From the IMG/VR virus record IMGVR_UViG_3300050821_001428, positions 64,001-128,000 of that record: a DNA stretch of 64,000 bases, one strand, 5' to 3'. Positions 10,163-22,200 of this stretch are shown piece by piece. Position 1 is the stretch's first letter. The number at the start of each line of letters is the position of its first letter. The notes under the pieces were generated by a model. It saw nothing but the letters and a program-made list of their open reading frames with translations. It made no database searches and was not told where the DNA came from. The translations under genes and the position numbers were made by a program. The stretch is from a virus.

Positions 10163-12044
10163 GATCGAAGAGTCATCAGATGCAGAGCAAGCGCAATGGC
10201 TATTTCTAGTACAGAGTACAGAGTTCAAGGGATATTGGGAAGTCCATGGTCTTAATCAGTCATTCTTCTTAGATCTTGCAGATTTAATTGGTCCTTTTCG
10301 CCTCGTATCACCTGTTACCATAACTGAATTCATGGCAGAAGCCGGGGAATGGGGATATCAAGTCGCCTTTATGGAAGACCCCGCAGATATTCTAGTCGCT
10401 TATGAATATCTAAAAGAAAAACCGGATATTTCATTACGGTCTACCCTTGAAGGTAATGTTCAAGGGTTTCTACCCTGGCAGATCACCGGGTATAACAAGC
10501 TGATTCGCAATGAAGAAATAAGGGCCGGATTCTTTGTGTGGGCAACTGGGTCCGGCAAAACGGCAGCTATGGCATCTGCTATCAAGCACCATCAGATGGG
10601 CGAACATCGATTTAATCTGGCGTTTTGTGTGGTGAAATCTCATAATAAGATCGATACGCAGCGTAAGTTGAAATCGCTTGGTGATATAGATAGTATTATC
10701 GTTGACGGATCAAAGAAACAGCGCCAGAAGATTTATCAGATGGTAGAAGATCAGTCACAAGCGGACTCGTCTATTGTTTTGATTCTTAATTATGAGAAGA
10801 TTAGGGAGGATTATGAAGATATGATCCCCCTGGTTACCGATGCTAACTGTCTATTTTTCTGGGACGAAGCGCCAACAAAGTTGGCCAATCGGGGCACCCA
10901 GTTATATAAGGCAACCAAGAAGTTGTTATATAAGACATTTCCCAGTAAACCTCGGGCTAAATGGATGCGCCACTGGGCGCTTACAGCTACGCCGATAGAG
11001 AATTCACCCGAAGACTTATATAGCGTGGGTAATTTAATGAAGCCGGGTATTCTTGGTACATTGCGCGAATTCTACGACAACTACGGAGAGAACGTTAATT
11101 TCTTCACTGGTAAATACGACACCTGGAAGAATCTTGAGGGACTTGAGGCTAGGATTCAATTCATGACACACCGGGTATCTAAAGATGATCCACAAGTTAA
11201 AGCAAAGTTTCCAAATGTCGTTCCTCACCCGTTAACAATTGATTGGAACCCAAAACATTTCTCTATATATAATAATTTGACAGGAAAGGCTAAAGATTTA
11301 CTTGAGGATGATCTGGAATCGGTGAATATTTTGGCACTTATACAGATCATGCAGATGATGTGTGATGCCCCGTCAATGATCGCTACATCAGCAGATAACC
11401 GGAAGGTATTTTATGATATGGTCAGCCGCATAGATGATGGAGGTTTGTTACCTCCAGCCCGAGGTTCGGATATCGCTCTTATGCTAATAGAGTTATTAGG
11501 AGTAGATAAATTCACAAACGTTGGGCATTCTAAACTAGATACATGGGGAGATATTATCATTAATAAACATCCTACGGAGAAAATAGTTACACACTCTACT
11601 TGGTCGGAATATATATTCCCTATTTGGGAGGAATATCTGTCTCACCACAATGTCAGCTATGTTGTATATAGTGGGAATTCTAAAGATAAGCAAATAGCTT
11701 TAGATGAGTTTCGGACCAACCCCGAGATTCGATGCTTTTTAAGTGGAGATGCCGGTGCAGATAGTATCGATATTTCTGAAGCATCGGTAGGAATTAACTA
11801 TAATATTCCTTGGAAATGGACTACCTTACAACAACGCGAAGGCAGGCGTGATCGTGTAAATTCGCTTCATAAGCAGATTCATACCTACACGTTGACGATG
11901 CCATTCTCAGTGGATGAACGTAAGCTAGATATATGTAATCGGAAATATGCATACCACGAACAATTATTTGATGGTAAAGCCCAAGATGAAGCTATTAGTG
12001 CCAGCCTGACTTACGAAGAGCTTACGTATCTGATGTTCGGTTAA
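10119..12044 (+). CDS. SNF2-family (SF2) helicase/ATPase
   Basis: ATGSGKT, DEAP, ALTATPIEN and QREGRRDR motifs. Confidence 0.88.
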   Translation: MSSQQIIVTPQLLNKIEESSDAEQAQWLFLVQSTEFKGYWEVHGLNQSFFLDLADLIGPFRLVSPVTITEFMAEAGEWGYQVAFMEDPADILVAYEYLKEKPDISLRSTLEGNVQGFLPWQITGYNKLIRNEEIRAGFFVWATGSGKTAAMASAIKHHQMGEHRFNLAFCVVKSHNKIDTQRKLKSLGDIDSIIVDGSKKQRQKIYQMVEDQSQADSSIVLILNYEKIREDYEDMIPLVTDANCLFFWDEAPTKLANRGTQLYKATKKLLYKTFPSKPRAKWMRHWALTATPIENSPEDLYSVGNLMKPGILGTLREFYDNYGENVNFFTGKYDTWKNLEGLEARIQFMTHRVSKDDPQVKAKFPNVVPHPLTIDWNPKHFSIYNNLTGKAKDLLEDDLESVNILALIQIMQMMCDAPSMIATSADNRKVFYDMVSRIDDGGLLPPARGSDIALMLIELLGVDKFTNVGHSKLDTWGDIIINKHPTEKIVTHSTWSEYIFPIWEEYLSHHNVSYVVYSGNSKDKQIALDEFRTNPEIRCFLSGDAGADSIDISEASVGINYNIPWKWTTLQQREGRRDRVNSLHKQIHTYTLTMPFSVDERKLDICNRKYAYHEQLFDGKAQDEAISASLTYEELTYLMFG

Positions 12045-12847
12045 TCACCAAGATATGCCGGTGTAAACGGGGCACCTAAGGAGTCGTATAGCTCCCCAAA
12101 TACAATAGGATGAGTAACGTGGTATACATTGCCATCGATATCAACAGCCGTTAGTGTCACCTGTACTTCGGTCGGCGCGGCCAAGCTACCGTCAGAGTAG
12201 TTTAAAGTTCCCGTATACCAATATTGCGTTTCAACTAGTGGTCCCTCTGCTTCAATACCATTCCCTAGATCCCAGTGAAAACTTACTATATTAGCGCCCT
12301 TACTGCTAGGTTTACCTTCCGTTAATGTATCCATAGCATCAAAGGTTACATTAGTAGCTGTAAAAGCCGAAAGTGGTAATTCAAGAGTAATCCATCGAGG
12401 ATCATATATATCTGTACCGCTCGTAAATGTCTGATTAGTGCCGCCACTATATCCATCGATCACAAAGCAACATTCAAATGTATTGCCGGATATAGCTGCT
12501 GCCCCACCGCTTGTAATAGTGTAACCGATTAAGGCCCAGTGTGTCGGTCCTGTGCCAATGTATAGAGTCCCGACAGGGATAGGATATTGCCATTTTGGTA
12601 CCTCAAATGACGTACCGGCCAAATTAGAGCCACCTCCACCGACAAAGGATGATGCATCTGCTACTGTGATTGTGAATGGCGTAGACTTACTAGAAGGAGT
12701 AGTAAACCCGGTTATTGTAGATAATCCGTAAGGTACGGTAAATTCCCCAATCGTGGTTTCTAAGGGAGTGAGTATGCTAGCGGATCGCCAAGAGAAATCT
12801 ACTGGCGAGTTAATCAGTGGTGCAGGAATATGGTTGATAATAGGCAT
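12041..12847 (-). CDS. Virion protein with C-terminal PKD/Ig-like domain
   Basis: IVSFHWDLGNG...VTLTAVD; last gene of the baseplate cluster. Confidence 0.6.
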   Translation of the reverse strand: MPIINHIPAPLINSPVDFSWRSASILTPLETTIGEFTVPYGLSTITGFTTPSSKSTPFTITVADASSFVGGGGSNLAGTSFEVPKWQYPIPVGTLYIGTGPTHWALIGYTITSGGAAAISGNTFECCFVIDGYSGGTNQTFTSGTDIYDPRWITLELPLSAFTATNVTFDAMDTLTEGKPSSKGANIVSFHWDLGNGIEAEGPLVETQYWYTGTLNYSDGSLAAPTEVQVTLTAVDIDGNVYHVTHPIVFGELYDSLGAPFTPAYLGD

Positions 12848-12861
12848 TGTGAATTTATGAA

Positions 12862-14691
12862 TTATAAACTAAGAAGGGTCGTACCATACCCTCTGTTATT
12901 AAAGTTATCGACAACCGCTGCCGTTGCGTAGTATTGACCTATATCGGTGGCACCCTGAGTATATGTGTATATCCGTGTAGTATTAGGCTCCCCTTGAATC
13001 CATTGATCAAATGCATATCCGCCATCACCAAATGACCATTCAATATTATAGATGGTGCCTGTATCAGAAGTAATATCTGCGGTGAACATAAATGTGTCAC
13101 CACCAAGAGATGTAGCCGTGACGGTTATATCTGACGATGGAATTACTATAGGATCGGTTGTATCAGCTACTATGCGACCTAGTTGGGCGTAATTAGGAAC
13201 TACGGTATAACCATTGTAAATCTCAGCATCTTGTTGAAGTGCCTGGGCACGCACCTGGAGTGCATATCCCGGTTGATCGAATCTGATTCCCGAATTGTTA
13301 GCATTCACCGTACTACTAAATGGTACCCACGGAGCTAAATCCTTTATATAAGGATTATTGTCTGTAACGCGCCCGGACCAAGATACCGCCTCCGATGTAA
13401 TTTGTAAATTATCAATCCATGCGGTAGTAGCTCCACCACCAACGTAGAGCACGGCGAATTTATACAATCCCGATGGGATAAGTCTGTTAATAGGAACGGG
13501 TGTGGACAAAATAGTATTAATATTCTCGGTGAGAACAAACGGAGTTACATTAGGATTCACCAGTACGCTAATCACACCATGATTCCACTTATTAGGGACA
13601 ATTGAAGGTAGTTGCAGCGGTATACCATATCCTTGTTCGTTAATCAATAAACCAATGAAGGGGTTTAGTGTATTAGCTATCGCGCTGGATTCAATCCATA
13701 TATCAAAGCTGGCACTGATAGCATTATAATCTGTAATTCCAGATATATCATCTCCAATTGGAGTAAGAGGTTGGGTAGTCAACCCTTGAAAAGTCTCCGT
13801 AGCTGCGCTTTGGCCAAATACTATTCTAGAACTTTGGCCTGTCGTAGTGCGTCCCGAATCCAAAGTAACAGTAGGTGTTATGCCGTCTGAACTAGTGACC
13901 GTCATGAATGGAGGATAGAATAATTGTGTAGGAGGGGTATTCTGGGCGTATAGCTGGGCACCGATAACTGGCGTGTGACTATTAAAGGTATTAGACTCAA
14001 ACTCCGCAAACATGGTGTGATATGGACGTAGCGAATATACTGCCGCACCGGTATCCAAGGTATTTACGTTGATTCCCACATGGCCCGGGATACGACAGAA
14101 TACAGATGTATCTTTAATAGGCGCGGATGTAAATACCGGGGCATCAAGATACCCCTGGTTGTTAAACGGATATATAGATACTTCAATTGTCTCATCATCT
14201 AGTATCGCATATAGTAAGTAATTAGTATTAGGGTTTAATTCAGACGTATGTAAGATATCGCCACTTACCAAGGTGTTGTATTGATAAACAATCGGGCTGG
14301 TACTATTGCTTAGCGATATTTGGTAACCTATGATTCCATCGAAATCTCCCCATTGAAGATTTACTTGAATATTGAAGGCATTAGGTGCTGGGGTACCCTG
14401 TAGACTAGGAGGCAATGTATCGTTACTAGCTAGTGCATATCCATCAAGGGTACCAACTAATTGATTATTGAGTGTGGCTTCGGTCACCGGTACATTCTCA
14501 TTGCCACGAAGATATAATGTAATATTATTACGATTTATTTGGGCACCGCTATTAAATTTAATGCCAATAGTAGAGTTTATTGGTTGTGGATCATCAACGC
14601 CTGGACTATCGGCACTAATCCATTCTACCCCACCTGTATTTGTTATGCCACTTGGCCAGACCTTGGTGATAGGAACATTAACTGGAGGCAT
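12862..14691 (-). CDS. Baseplate/tail protein with C-terminal PKD domain
   Basis: Beta-rich; WSFGDG...YTY...G.Y.AT..VVD. Confidence 0.6.
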   Translation of the reverse strand: MPPVNVPITKVWPSGITNTGGVEWISADSPGVDDPQPINSTIGIKFNSGAQINRNNITLYLRGNENVPVTEATLNNQLVGTLDGYALASNDTLPPSLQGTPAPNAFNIQVNLQWGDFDGIIGYQISLSNSTSPIVYQYNTLVSGDILHTSELNPNTNYLLYAILDDETIEVSIYPFNNQGYLDAPVFTSAPIKDTSVFCRIPGHVGINVNTLDTGAAVYSLRPYHTMFAEFESNTFNSHTPVIGAQLYAQNTPPTQLFYPPFMTVTSSDGITPTVTLDSGRTTTGQSSRIVFGQSAATETFQGLTTQPLTPIGDDISGITDYNAISASFDIWIESSAIANTLNPFIGLLINEQGYGIPLQLPSIVPNKWNHGVISVLVNPNVTPFVLTENINTILSTPVPINRLIPSGLYKFAVLYVGGGATTAWIDNLQITSEAVSWSGRVTDNNPYIKDLAPWVPFSSTVNANNSGIRFDQPGYALQVRAQALQQDAEIYNGYTVVPNYAQLGRIVADTTDPIVIPSSDITVTATSLGGDTFMFTADITSDTGTIYNIEWSFGDGGYAFDQWIQGEPNTTRIYTYTQGATDIGQYYATAAVVDNFNNRGYGTTLLSL

Positions 14692-17032
14692 ATGTATCCC
14701 ACCATCCCTGATTAGTTAATGTAAAATCATTCACACTAGCATTTATCATGTCAATACCGGTTTCTGTGTATACGGTCGAATCTCCTACGACTTCTCCCTG
14801 ACTACGTAGAAATACTATATTATTCATTCCAAAGAAATATGCCTTATTGTCGGCTATAGTAGCCTGCTTCTCCATGTAACCGTGGCGACATGTATAGAAG
14901 AAGTACATATCCGGAGATAACAGTTCGCCAAGAATACTGTCTCGCTGAAGCGATGATACGGTAGTAATCGCAGGATATGTTGGTGGTGCCGCTTCAGTTA
15001 CTTGCTGGGCACCATCTATGACATTATTTATTTGATTGGCGGATATTGCACCGATAATAGTGGTGGTATCCGCCTGCACACCAAGCGCATCTTGATATGG
15101 AGACACCGTTAGGTCTATCTGCCCAAGGGTGGTATTATCCAGATTAGAGCTTGAAGAAGTAGAGTAAATAGTGGGCGACGGGACAGATGGTATCACCGGC
15201 GATTGTTGGAGATCACTAAGATCCGGGGTATATAAGGTCGTGAGCGAATCGCTTTGTACTACTACTTGATCAGTGTCCCAAGTAGGGTAATCTACTTGGG
15301 AGAAGAAATAATTCTGCACCCAACTAGGGAACGTCTTGTAATTAATTGGCAACTGGAAGGTGCCAGGATCATAAGGTTGCATCTGAGGATTCGTTAATTC
15401 TATTTTGATATATGCAGCCCCAATAGGCTGGGGTAATACTTGGGTTTCATTGCCGAAATTGCTTGTAAGGGATGCGGCCCTAGTCCACAATTTGTTCTCC
15501 CAATCATCTGAGGTCACAGGGGTTGCATCATTGCCGTTATTATCGTTAGAATAGTATATATTATAGTGTTGATTAGGAAAGATGGGATTGAGGACTAAAG
15601 CATCAACTACTATAGGATCGTCTGAAATAGGATTTGTAATAATCTGAACCGAGGATGAATCGCCAGGTTGACCTGCCCATTCACAATCAGCAGAGTCACC
15701 ATCAAAATAAGCAGTTGGTAATACGGTATCTTGGATTACACATATTCCATCAATATACATTGTTATATTCTGGGTACTAGATGAAGCACTATAACCTGTC
15801 ACGGTAACCCTAACGAGGGTGGCTCCGACAGGTGCCGGTGCGATTAGCGAAGCTAGCTGATTGCCTCCGGGGATAGCTTGGATAGTGCCAATTGAACTGG
15901 AAAGATATACTGGTGAATCCACAGTTCCCGAGTACCAGTCGTATTGTAAAACACCATAAGCGTTAGGTGGCGAAGCGCCCCAACTGATATTAGCGAATCC
16001 GGAATAATACAATCCACCTGTTACCGGAAGTAATTCATTAGTATATGCCTGGATATAGCTATGGGCTGCGACGGTATTAGCACTTAACTCTAATAGCTGA
16101 ACACCAGTTGATGCTGGGATTGTGGTTGTGGCATTTATTACAGAGAAATTAACTATAGAACCTGATGCCAGGTTATAATCCCATGTAGATGGTGTGCCGA
16201 GTACGTCGTATTCAAAACTCGGATCTGGAACAATATTCGTTTGTCCATTTTGAGATCCATTTTGGGATCTTCGCATATCGAAATATAAACTAGCAACAGC
16301 GTCCGAAGCGGGGAGAGCAGGACTCATCCAGTAATTCCCGATACCTCCGATATTTACCTGTGAAGCATTAATATTACTCACCGGGGTAGTTAGCACAACC
16401 GATCTATATGGATTATTCAAGAAATCCGTCCCGCTATCTCCCGCTAGACTTAATACCCTGAAATTACAGGATACGGGTTCGTTATCACTAGATAATGATG
16501 TTATCATATTTTGTGAGTATGGTGATGCTTCAAGATTCGTTACGATAAATCCTTGAATACGGTTATCGTATCCGCCGGTTCCTAGATGGAAGAATGGGAT
16601 ATAATCGATATCCGTACACTCTAGCTGTATAATCCAGATATTATTGATCGTGTCTGTAGTCACCGGTATAGCCTGATCAAATATAATATCGAACCAGACC
16701 ATACCGCTCTTAGATGCACCCTGGGTAGTGCCACTACCAACCTCGGTTATTTGGGATGTTACATTACCTACACCAAACACCGGTTGGGTAACGTATCCAA
16801 TCGTCCAGTTAAAAGCCGCAGTAGTTGTATCTGTGATATGGGTTAATATTTGGAACCCACTAATATCGGGGATACGTTGTTCGGCAGGGTTGGAGCCACG
16901 CGCATACCCATCTGGAAGCATGAAAGTTTGGCAAATTACACTGCTATCAGATGCATCCCATACGTGATCATAACCATAATTATAGTCAATGCTAATGCTA
17001 GAGTAGTCTCGACTTATGATATTCACATACAT
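14678..17032 (-). CDS. Baseplate/tail protein with carbohydrate-binding-module-like insert
   Basis: TNIVPDPSFE...YFDGDS insert typical of actinophage minor tail proteins; position in the baseplate cluster. Confidence 0.6.
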   Translation of the reverse strand: MYVNIISRDYSSISIDYNYGYDHVWDASDSSVICQTFMLPDGYARGSNPAEQRIPDISGFQILTHITDTTTAAFNWTIGYVTQPVFGVGNVTSQITEVGSGTTQGASKSGMVWFDIIFDQAIPVTTDTINNIWIIQLECTDIDYIPFFHLGTGGYDNRIQGFIVTNLEASPYSQNMITSLSSDNEPVSCNFRVLSLAGDSGTDFLNNPYRSVVLTTPVSNINASQVNIGGIGNYWMSPALPASDAVASLYFDMRRSQNGSQNGQTNIVPDPSFEYDVLGTPSTWDYNLASGSIVNFSVINATTTIPASTGVQLLELSANTVAAHSYIQAYTNELLPVTGGLYYSGFANISWGASPPNAYGVLQYDWYSGTVDSPVYLSSSIGTIQAIPGGNQLASLIAPAPVGATLVRVTVTGYSASSSTQNITMYIDGICVIQDTVLPTAYFDGDSADCEWAGQPGDSSSVQIITNPISDDPIVVDALVLNPIFPNQHYNIYYSNDNNGNDATPVTSDDWENKLWTRAASLTSNFGNETQVLPQPIGAAYIKIELTNPQMQPYDPGTFQLPINYKTFPSWVQNYFFSQVDYPTWDTDQVVVQSDSLTTLYTPDLSDLQQSPVIPSVPSPTIYSTSSSSNLDNTTLGQIDLTVSPYQDALGVQADTTTIIGAISANQINNVIDGAQQVTEAAPPTYPAITTVSSLQRDSILGELLSPDMYFFYTCRHGYMEKQATIADNKAYFFGMNNIVFLRSQGEVVGDSTVYTETGIDMINASVNDFTLTNQGWWDTYASS

Positions 17033-19269
17033 TACGCGGCTGAGGTAAATGAAACCCCAAAACTGTTCGCAACACGGCCTATACGCAGGTTTCTAACCTC
17101 GATGCTATAAGCCGCCTGATTGCTGCCGATTTGGAAAGGCTCGCCTTGCGATGTGCGGGTAAATCCGATACGGATATAGCGTGAATAAATCATAGTATCG
17201 AGTGCATTAGTAATCGGTAGATACACAATCGTCCATGGATTGGTGTTAGATGCAGAATAAGATAATGAAGTGACACTTGGCAAGATTGTCGATATCTCTG
17301 CATCTATAAACTCTCGACTATTTGGCTGATCTAGAGATTCATAAGCCACTGAAATAGAGTATGGTTTGTTAGTAGCTTCAAAACATATGAAATTCACTGG
17401 TTGTGTAGATCCAAGATCAATCTCAAGATAATCTGTACCGGTTGCCCGTTCATATGAAGACCAGAAAGGACCGCCAGTCAGCGAGTTGTAATTAACTCCG
17501 GGTAAGTTTAAATATGATGTTGGATAAGTATCATTAATCAGTGTCACCAAATCATTTGTCACCGTAGTTATCAGAGGTTGATTCGGTTGGATAGCCTCAG
17601 CATACATGGGCTGATATATCGTTGAGCTATCCTGATACTGGGATAGCATGGGATACAGCAGTTGTTGTACCTGATTAAATTTGCCTACATGGGTATCATA
17701 ATATGAAGCCCAAAAGGGCTGAACGGATGCGGCTTGTGGTGTGTTATAATTAGGATCGACAAGCGCACCCTCATTATACGCTACGATATCAAGGATATTG
17801 TGAAAATTAGTATACTGACTCTGATAGCCGCCAGACAATTGTGGCGCTTCATGCTCTATATCTGGTTCTATCCAATTGGTTATATTATCGGGGGATGGCC
17901 AATTAACAGCCGGGTTACCAGTCACATAAGGTTGTACCGTGACATAAGCCTGATCAGCGAAATAAGAGCTTGGTGATTGACGTGTGTATAAGCTCTGTCC
18001 ATCAACGACAGATATTAGAGATGTTTGGGGACGAAGAATATCCACCGCCTCCAACATCAATGCCAGGTCAGCCTCGGCAAAATTAATCCCTAACCCATCG
18101 ATATCTGTGCCCGCTATACCTACATCAACAATAGGGGTAGTCGCCGGGGTAAGGCCCGACGATCCGCTCGTTACATCGGCTATGGTCTTGATAACCAATG
18201 ACCCAATACTGGTATTAGCAAGTTCCCCGGTAAAGATCACCTGGATAGGTTTATAAGGCAATGGACCACCTAGACAAACTACATTTTGTAATCCGCCGAT
18301 AATAGGCAGTACACCAAGTGCTTCACGTACTGTGTCAGCCGTGGCATTATAAGGGATTGGTGCTGTCTCAGCGCGACTAATAGATATTCCTCCGGTAAAT
18401 GTGGCACCGGTTGTGTATACGGGGTTTGTAGTTATAGTGTGACTACCGAGGATAGCTGTGCATGTCCACACGTTACTTGGATTACCGCCGTCGATATTTG
18501 GGCCATAAAACCAACCATTAGCTGAGAACAATTTGCTATTGGGGACAGTGACCGTACCATCAGCATTAAATGTCATAGATATTTTGGAGGTTACGAAAGG
18601 TGGCCCGATAGGAACAATGATTGTAAATTCCCCACTAGTAGGAATAGTCGAGAACTCAAATGTCTGTGCTACATTTTGAGGTATATTATTACGAGGTATG
18701 AGGACAACTTCATCTAAACTATCAGTAGATCCCAAATAAGGTAAGCGAAGGGGCGCATCTGTGTACTGATCGACTAATGCCTTGTAATTCTCTATTGCCT
18801 CGACGTTCTGCCCTAGTCCCGAGGATGCGGTTAGAGAAATACCTAAAACACTACCACCTGCGCGAACCGCCTGAATCCATAAACGGGCGCGGTTGCGGAA
18901 TGAGGCATCTGCTGCTAGTATTTGCGCCCTTTGTGCCACCGGTAAAAGTTGCGCCTGGGCGTCCCACAAGTATGATTCCTCAGTTAGACGCTGAAAACCA
19001 AACGCACCTGTATATAAGGCATCTAGATTAGCATCTGTAATATTACCTGCTTCGGTCTGAAGACGTTCAAGAAAGTATGACTCTTCAAGTAGTCCGGCAC
19101 CAGCCGGACCTAGCAATGCATACATCAGGATCGATAAATGCGAATCTACAGATTTGTTATAAACCGCATCCGGGAAATTACTAAGGAATGTAGAACTATT
19201 CGAAGCCCCATTCAGCGCATCGATAAAGAAACTTTGGTCGATTATGTTCGTAAGAATCGGCGCAGACAT
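17032..19269 (-). CDS. Baseplate wedge protein (gpI/gp7-like position)
   Basis: Follows baseplate J; LD.LY...FG..RL..E and FRNR motifs; C-terminal discoidin-like YLEIDLG. Confidence 0.6.
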   Translation of the reverse strand: MSAPILTNIIDQSFFIDALNGASNSSTFLSNFPDAVYNKSVDSHLSILMYALLGPAGAGLLEESYFLERLQTEAGNITDANLDALYTGAFGFQRLTEESYLWDAQAQLLPVAQRAQILAADASFRNRARLWIQAVRAGGSVLGISLTASSGLGQNVEAIENYKALVDQYTDAPLRLPYLGSTDSLDEVVLIPRNNIPQNVAQTFEFSTIPTSGEFTIIVPIGPPFVTSKISMTFNADGTVTVPNSKLFSANGWFYGPNIDGGNPSNVWTCTAILGSHTITTNPVYTTGATFTGGISISRAETAPIPYNATADTVREALGVLPIIGGLQNVVCLGGPLPYKPIQVIFTGELANTSIGSLVIKTIADVTSGSSGLTPATTPIVDVGIAGTDIDGLGINFAEADLALMLEAVDILRPQTSLISVVDGQSLYTRQSPSSYFADQAYVTVQPYVTGNPAVNWPSPDNITNWIEPDIEHEAPQLSGGYQSQYTNFHNILDIVAYNEGALVDPNYNTPQAASVQPFWASYYDTHVGKFNQVQQLLYPMLSQYQDSSTIYQPMYAEAIQPNQPLITTVTNDLVTLINDTYPTSYLNLPGVNYNSLTGGPFWSSYERATGTDYLEIDLGSTQPVNFICFEATNKPYSISVAYESLDQPNSREFIDAEISTILPSVTSLSYSASNTNPWTIVYLPITNALDTMIYSRYIRIGFTRTSQGEPFQIGSNQAAYSIEVRNLRIGRVANSFGVSFTSAA

Positions 19270-22200
19270 TAGTTGATTACTGGTCTATAAAATGTGTTCT
19301 CGGCGCGTGTCTGAGCAATCAAACCTGGCAACGTGTCGCCTGCAACCATACCCATTGGTAAGGCGGGAAGCTCGTCATCCATTAGAAAGAAATCGGTATT
19401 ATATAGATATATACCCTGGGAAATAGTATTCAATACAGTAGGTACAACTGGCTGTGGGGGAGTAACAACCCCGCCAGTTGTCAATATCCCTGACGGGACT
19501 CCACCAGCTATAGTGTTACACCCTGTAAACGTTGTGCTTGTTGTACCTGTATAAGAAATTACAGCGATACCATTACCAGTCTCAACATTGATCGTTCCGG
19601 TCGTTGGATATGCGGGTGATACGGTAGTAGAGGCAACGTTTAGCACACCGGACCCGGTAAAGGTAGATACATCAATATTATTAGATCCGGACGCCACGGT
19701 AGTCGCGGGAGTAGCGTAAGTAACCAGATATTGCGTGTATGGATTAAGAGTATCCGGAGATCGATATAGCTGTGTGACTGTAACCCCATTTTGATATGGC
19801 AATGCAAAACTTTCTATTACCGTGTTGATTGCAGTTTGTATATCCGAAGCTGAGGCCGTGTAAGATATAGGATTGGTTGTAAATGTCCCTAGCACGCTAT
19901 CATTCCATGTTAATCTGTAATTATCGGTTGAACCGAAATTAGCCCCGGTGACCTGGAGGGTAAAGGATGCTTTGTTAGCCGATGAGTATGGGGCATAACG
20001 GTCTGTTTGAACCCCAGCTAGAGGATTTCCGTTAATATCGGTTTCAATCACTCTAATCTGATTTGGTGGAGTAGGTAGGTCATTGCTCCAGCGTACATTT
20101 TGCACACCAGATACGGCACCAATCTGCTCCAAGATGCTAGATAGCTGTACAATCGTTCCAAAATACTGATTATTAAGATAATTAGATAAGGTTGACGTGA
20201 TAGCTGACTGCACACCGGCAGCGCCAGCATTTTGTGCGTACATTAAGGTAACGTCAAATTTGAAATAACGTATCTTAGCACCATGCGCCAGCACATCTGT
20301 AGTTACAGGAGATTGTGCGTCATAGGTCGCCTGCATATTGATGATATTCGCATCGTTGGAATAATTATCTACTTCAATAGGAAGTTTACTCTGACCATAA
20401 TTCATCACCGTAGATGTGCTATCCCCACCGGGTAGATATCCGGAGTTGTCGATAGGTGGTGTAGTTTGATTGTCGCCCCAGAATTGATAGGACCATTCAA
20501 TACCATCCCGGCCTCTAATGCTATTAGCTAACTCATCGATTTCATGGACTAACCAATAATGTACGTCCAAGAAGAAGGTTGCGCCGTCTGGTCCTGTAAT
20601 AGAAGCTGGTAAGCTTGTGATAGGGGGATTGAAAAGAGGGGTCCAGTGATTACCAATGTTAGGACGACGCTCGGGTTCGCCATCTCTACGGAAATTATCT
20701 ACATAAAACGGACTAGATGTCGTGTTAGTAAAGATTGCAGTCAGCGGGTTCGTGCTAGATGATGGGGGCATGAATACGCACGATGTCTGCTGGGGATTAG
20801 ATCCATTGACGTATACATCAATACAGTTATTAAGATTAATATTTAGATTATTACGTGATGCCGTCGAGACATAGCGGAATTCAGACTGGATCACTTGGCC
20901 AGGGGTAAGGGTCTGCACGGTGATTAGATTATCTGCTGGGTTAACTATTTCTGAATTAGTTACCCATTCCCCAGTAGTCGTATCAAATAGTCTTGTGTAT
21001 TGGCCAGTAGCGACATCAATAACGCTATTGATATTAGTAAACGTGAAATTAGGACGTTCTTCCGTATCGGTGGGAATTAGGTAGATCGGGTATCCAACAA
21101 ATGTCTTAGCTGTTCCACCATACGTCGGGACTGTGTTACAACCCGTAAACTCCGGTGTATACTGACCGCCACTCGTATTGATATCGATGTTTGTATAAGT
21201 GACCGTGTACCAATTAAGATCACTAGCATATAGGTATAAAGATCCTGAGGTTGGGAAACCTGTGGTGGATTCTACCGGTATTGCGAAATTAGTCCCGTTT
21301 AGCGAAATCTCGCCCGTAGAAGGAGGGCCAGCCGCAGTAGTCACATGTTCGCGCAACGCATCTCCTTGTAGGAGAGGTGGGGTATTATATGTATAATCTA
21401 CATCCTGTTGGTAGTAGTAGGTGCCCGTACCATTATCAGAAATAAATGTAGGAATAGAAGTGAAAAGATTCTTTGCGTACGGAATATCGGATAGTGCCGT
21501 GGTCCATAAACCACCGGCACTTGCGCCAGCGGTCATCGCTTGAATATTCCCATTGATCAATTGGATAGAGCTATTAACAATCCCTGCATCATCGGCGTTA
21601 GGGACTTGGATATATTCGATAAATGTAGATTGTTGACCAATACATACAGCTTTGGTAGTAAATGCCCCTGCAAGAGCTACTGCTAGATATGAACTGGTTG
21701 TACCAGATAGGTTGCGCGCCCATGTGTTCTGGAAACGCGATTTAAAGATATCATCATCTTCCGGATCTAATCCATTTGTAATCGCCGTAGGATTAGATAC
21801 CGATGAAACTCCTGCGGGGATTGTCCCTACAAACTGATTTAAGGCACCAGCAGGAACGTTTGTCGCAACACCAGCGGTAACGGCCTGCACTGGTACAGGG
21901 GCGCTAGCGGTTTCGCCTTGGGCAATTGTTCCCGGGGAGGATGTAGAGTATTGTACGGTTGTCGGGCTATTAGTATTAACACCATTAGCTTGAATTACCA
22001 ACCCTTGTGAGATAGTAATGTTAGTAGGGGCGGGGGATGGCCGTCTAAACACAACATAACCCTGGGCGGGCGTAGCCTTCTGGCGTTGCATACCAAAATT
22101 AGCTGTAAATTGATCAAGTTGGGAGCCGACCTTTGAGTTAATATTCAAGGCGTTAGATAGCCCCGTCATGTTTACTTGGCTAGCGGCAAGCGTCTGGGCT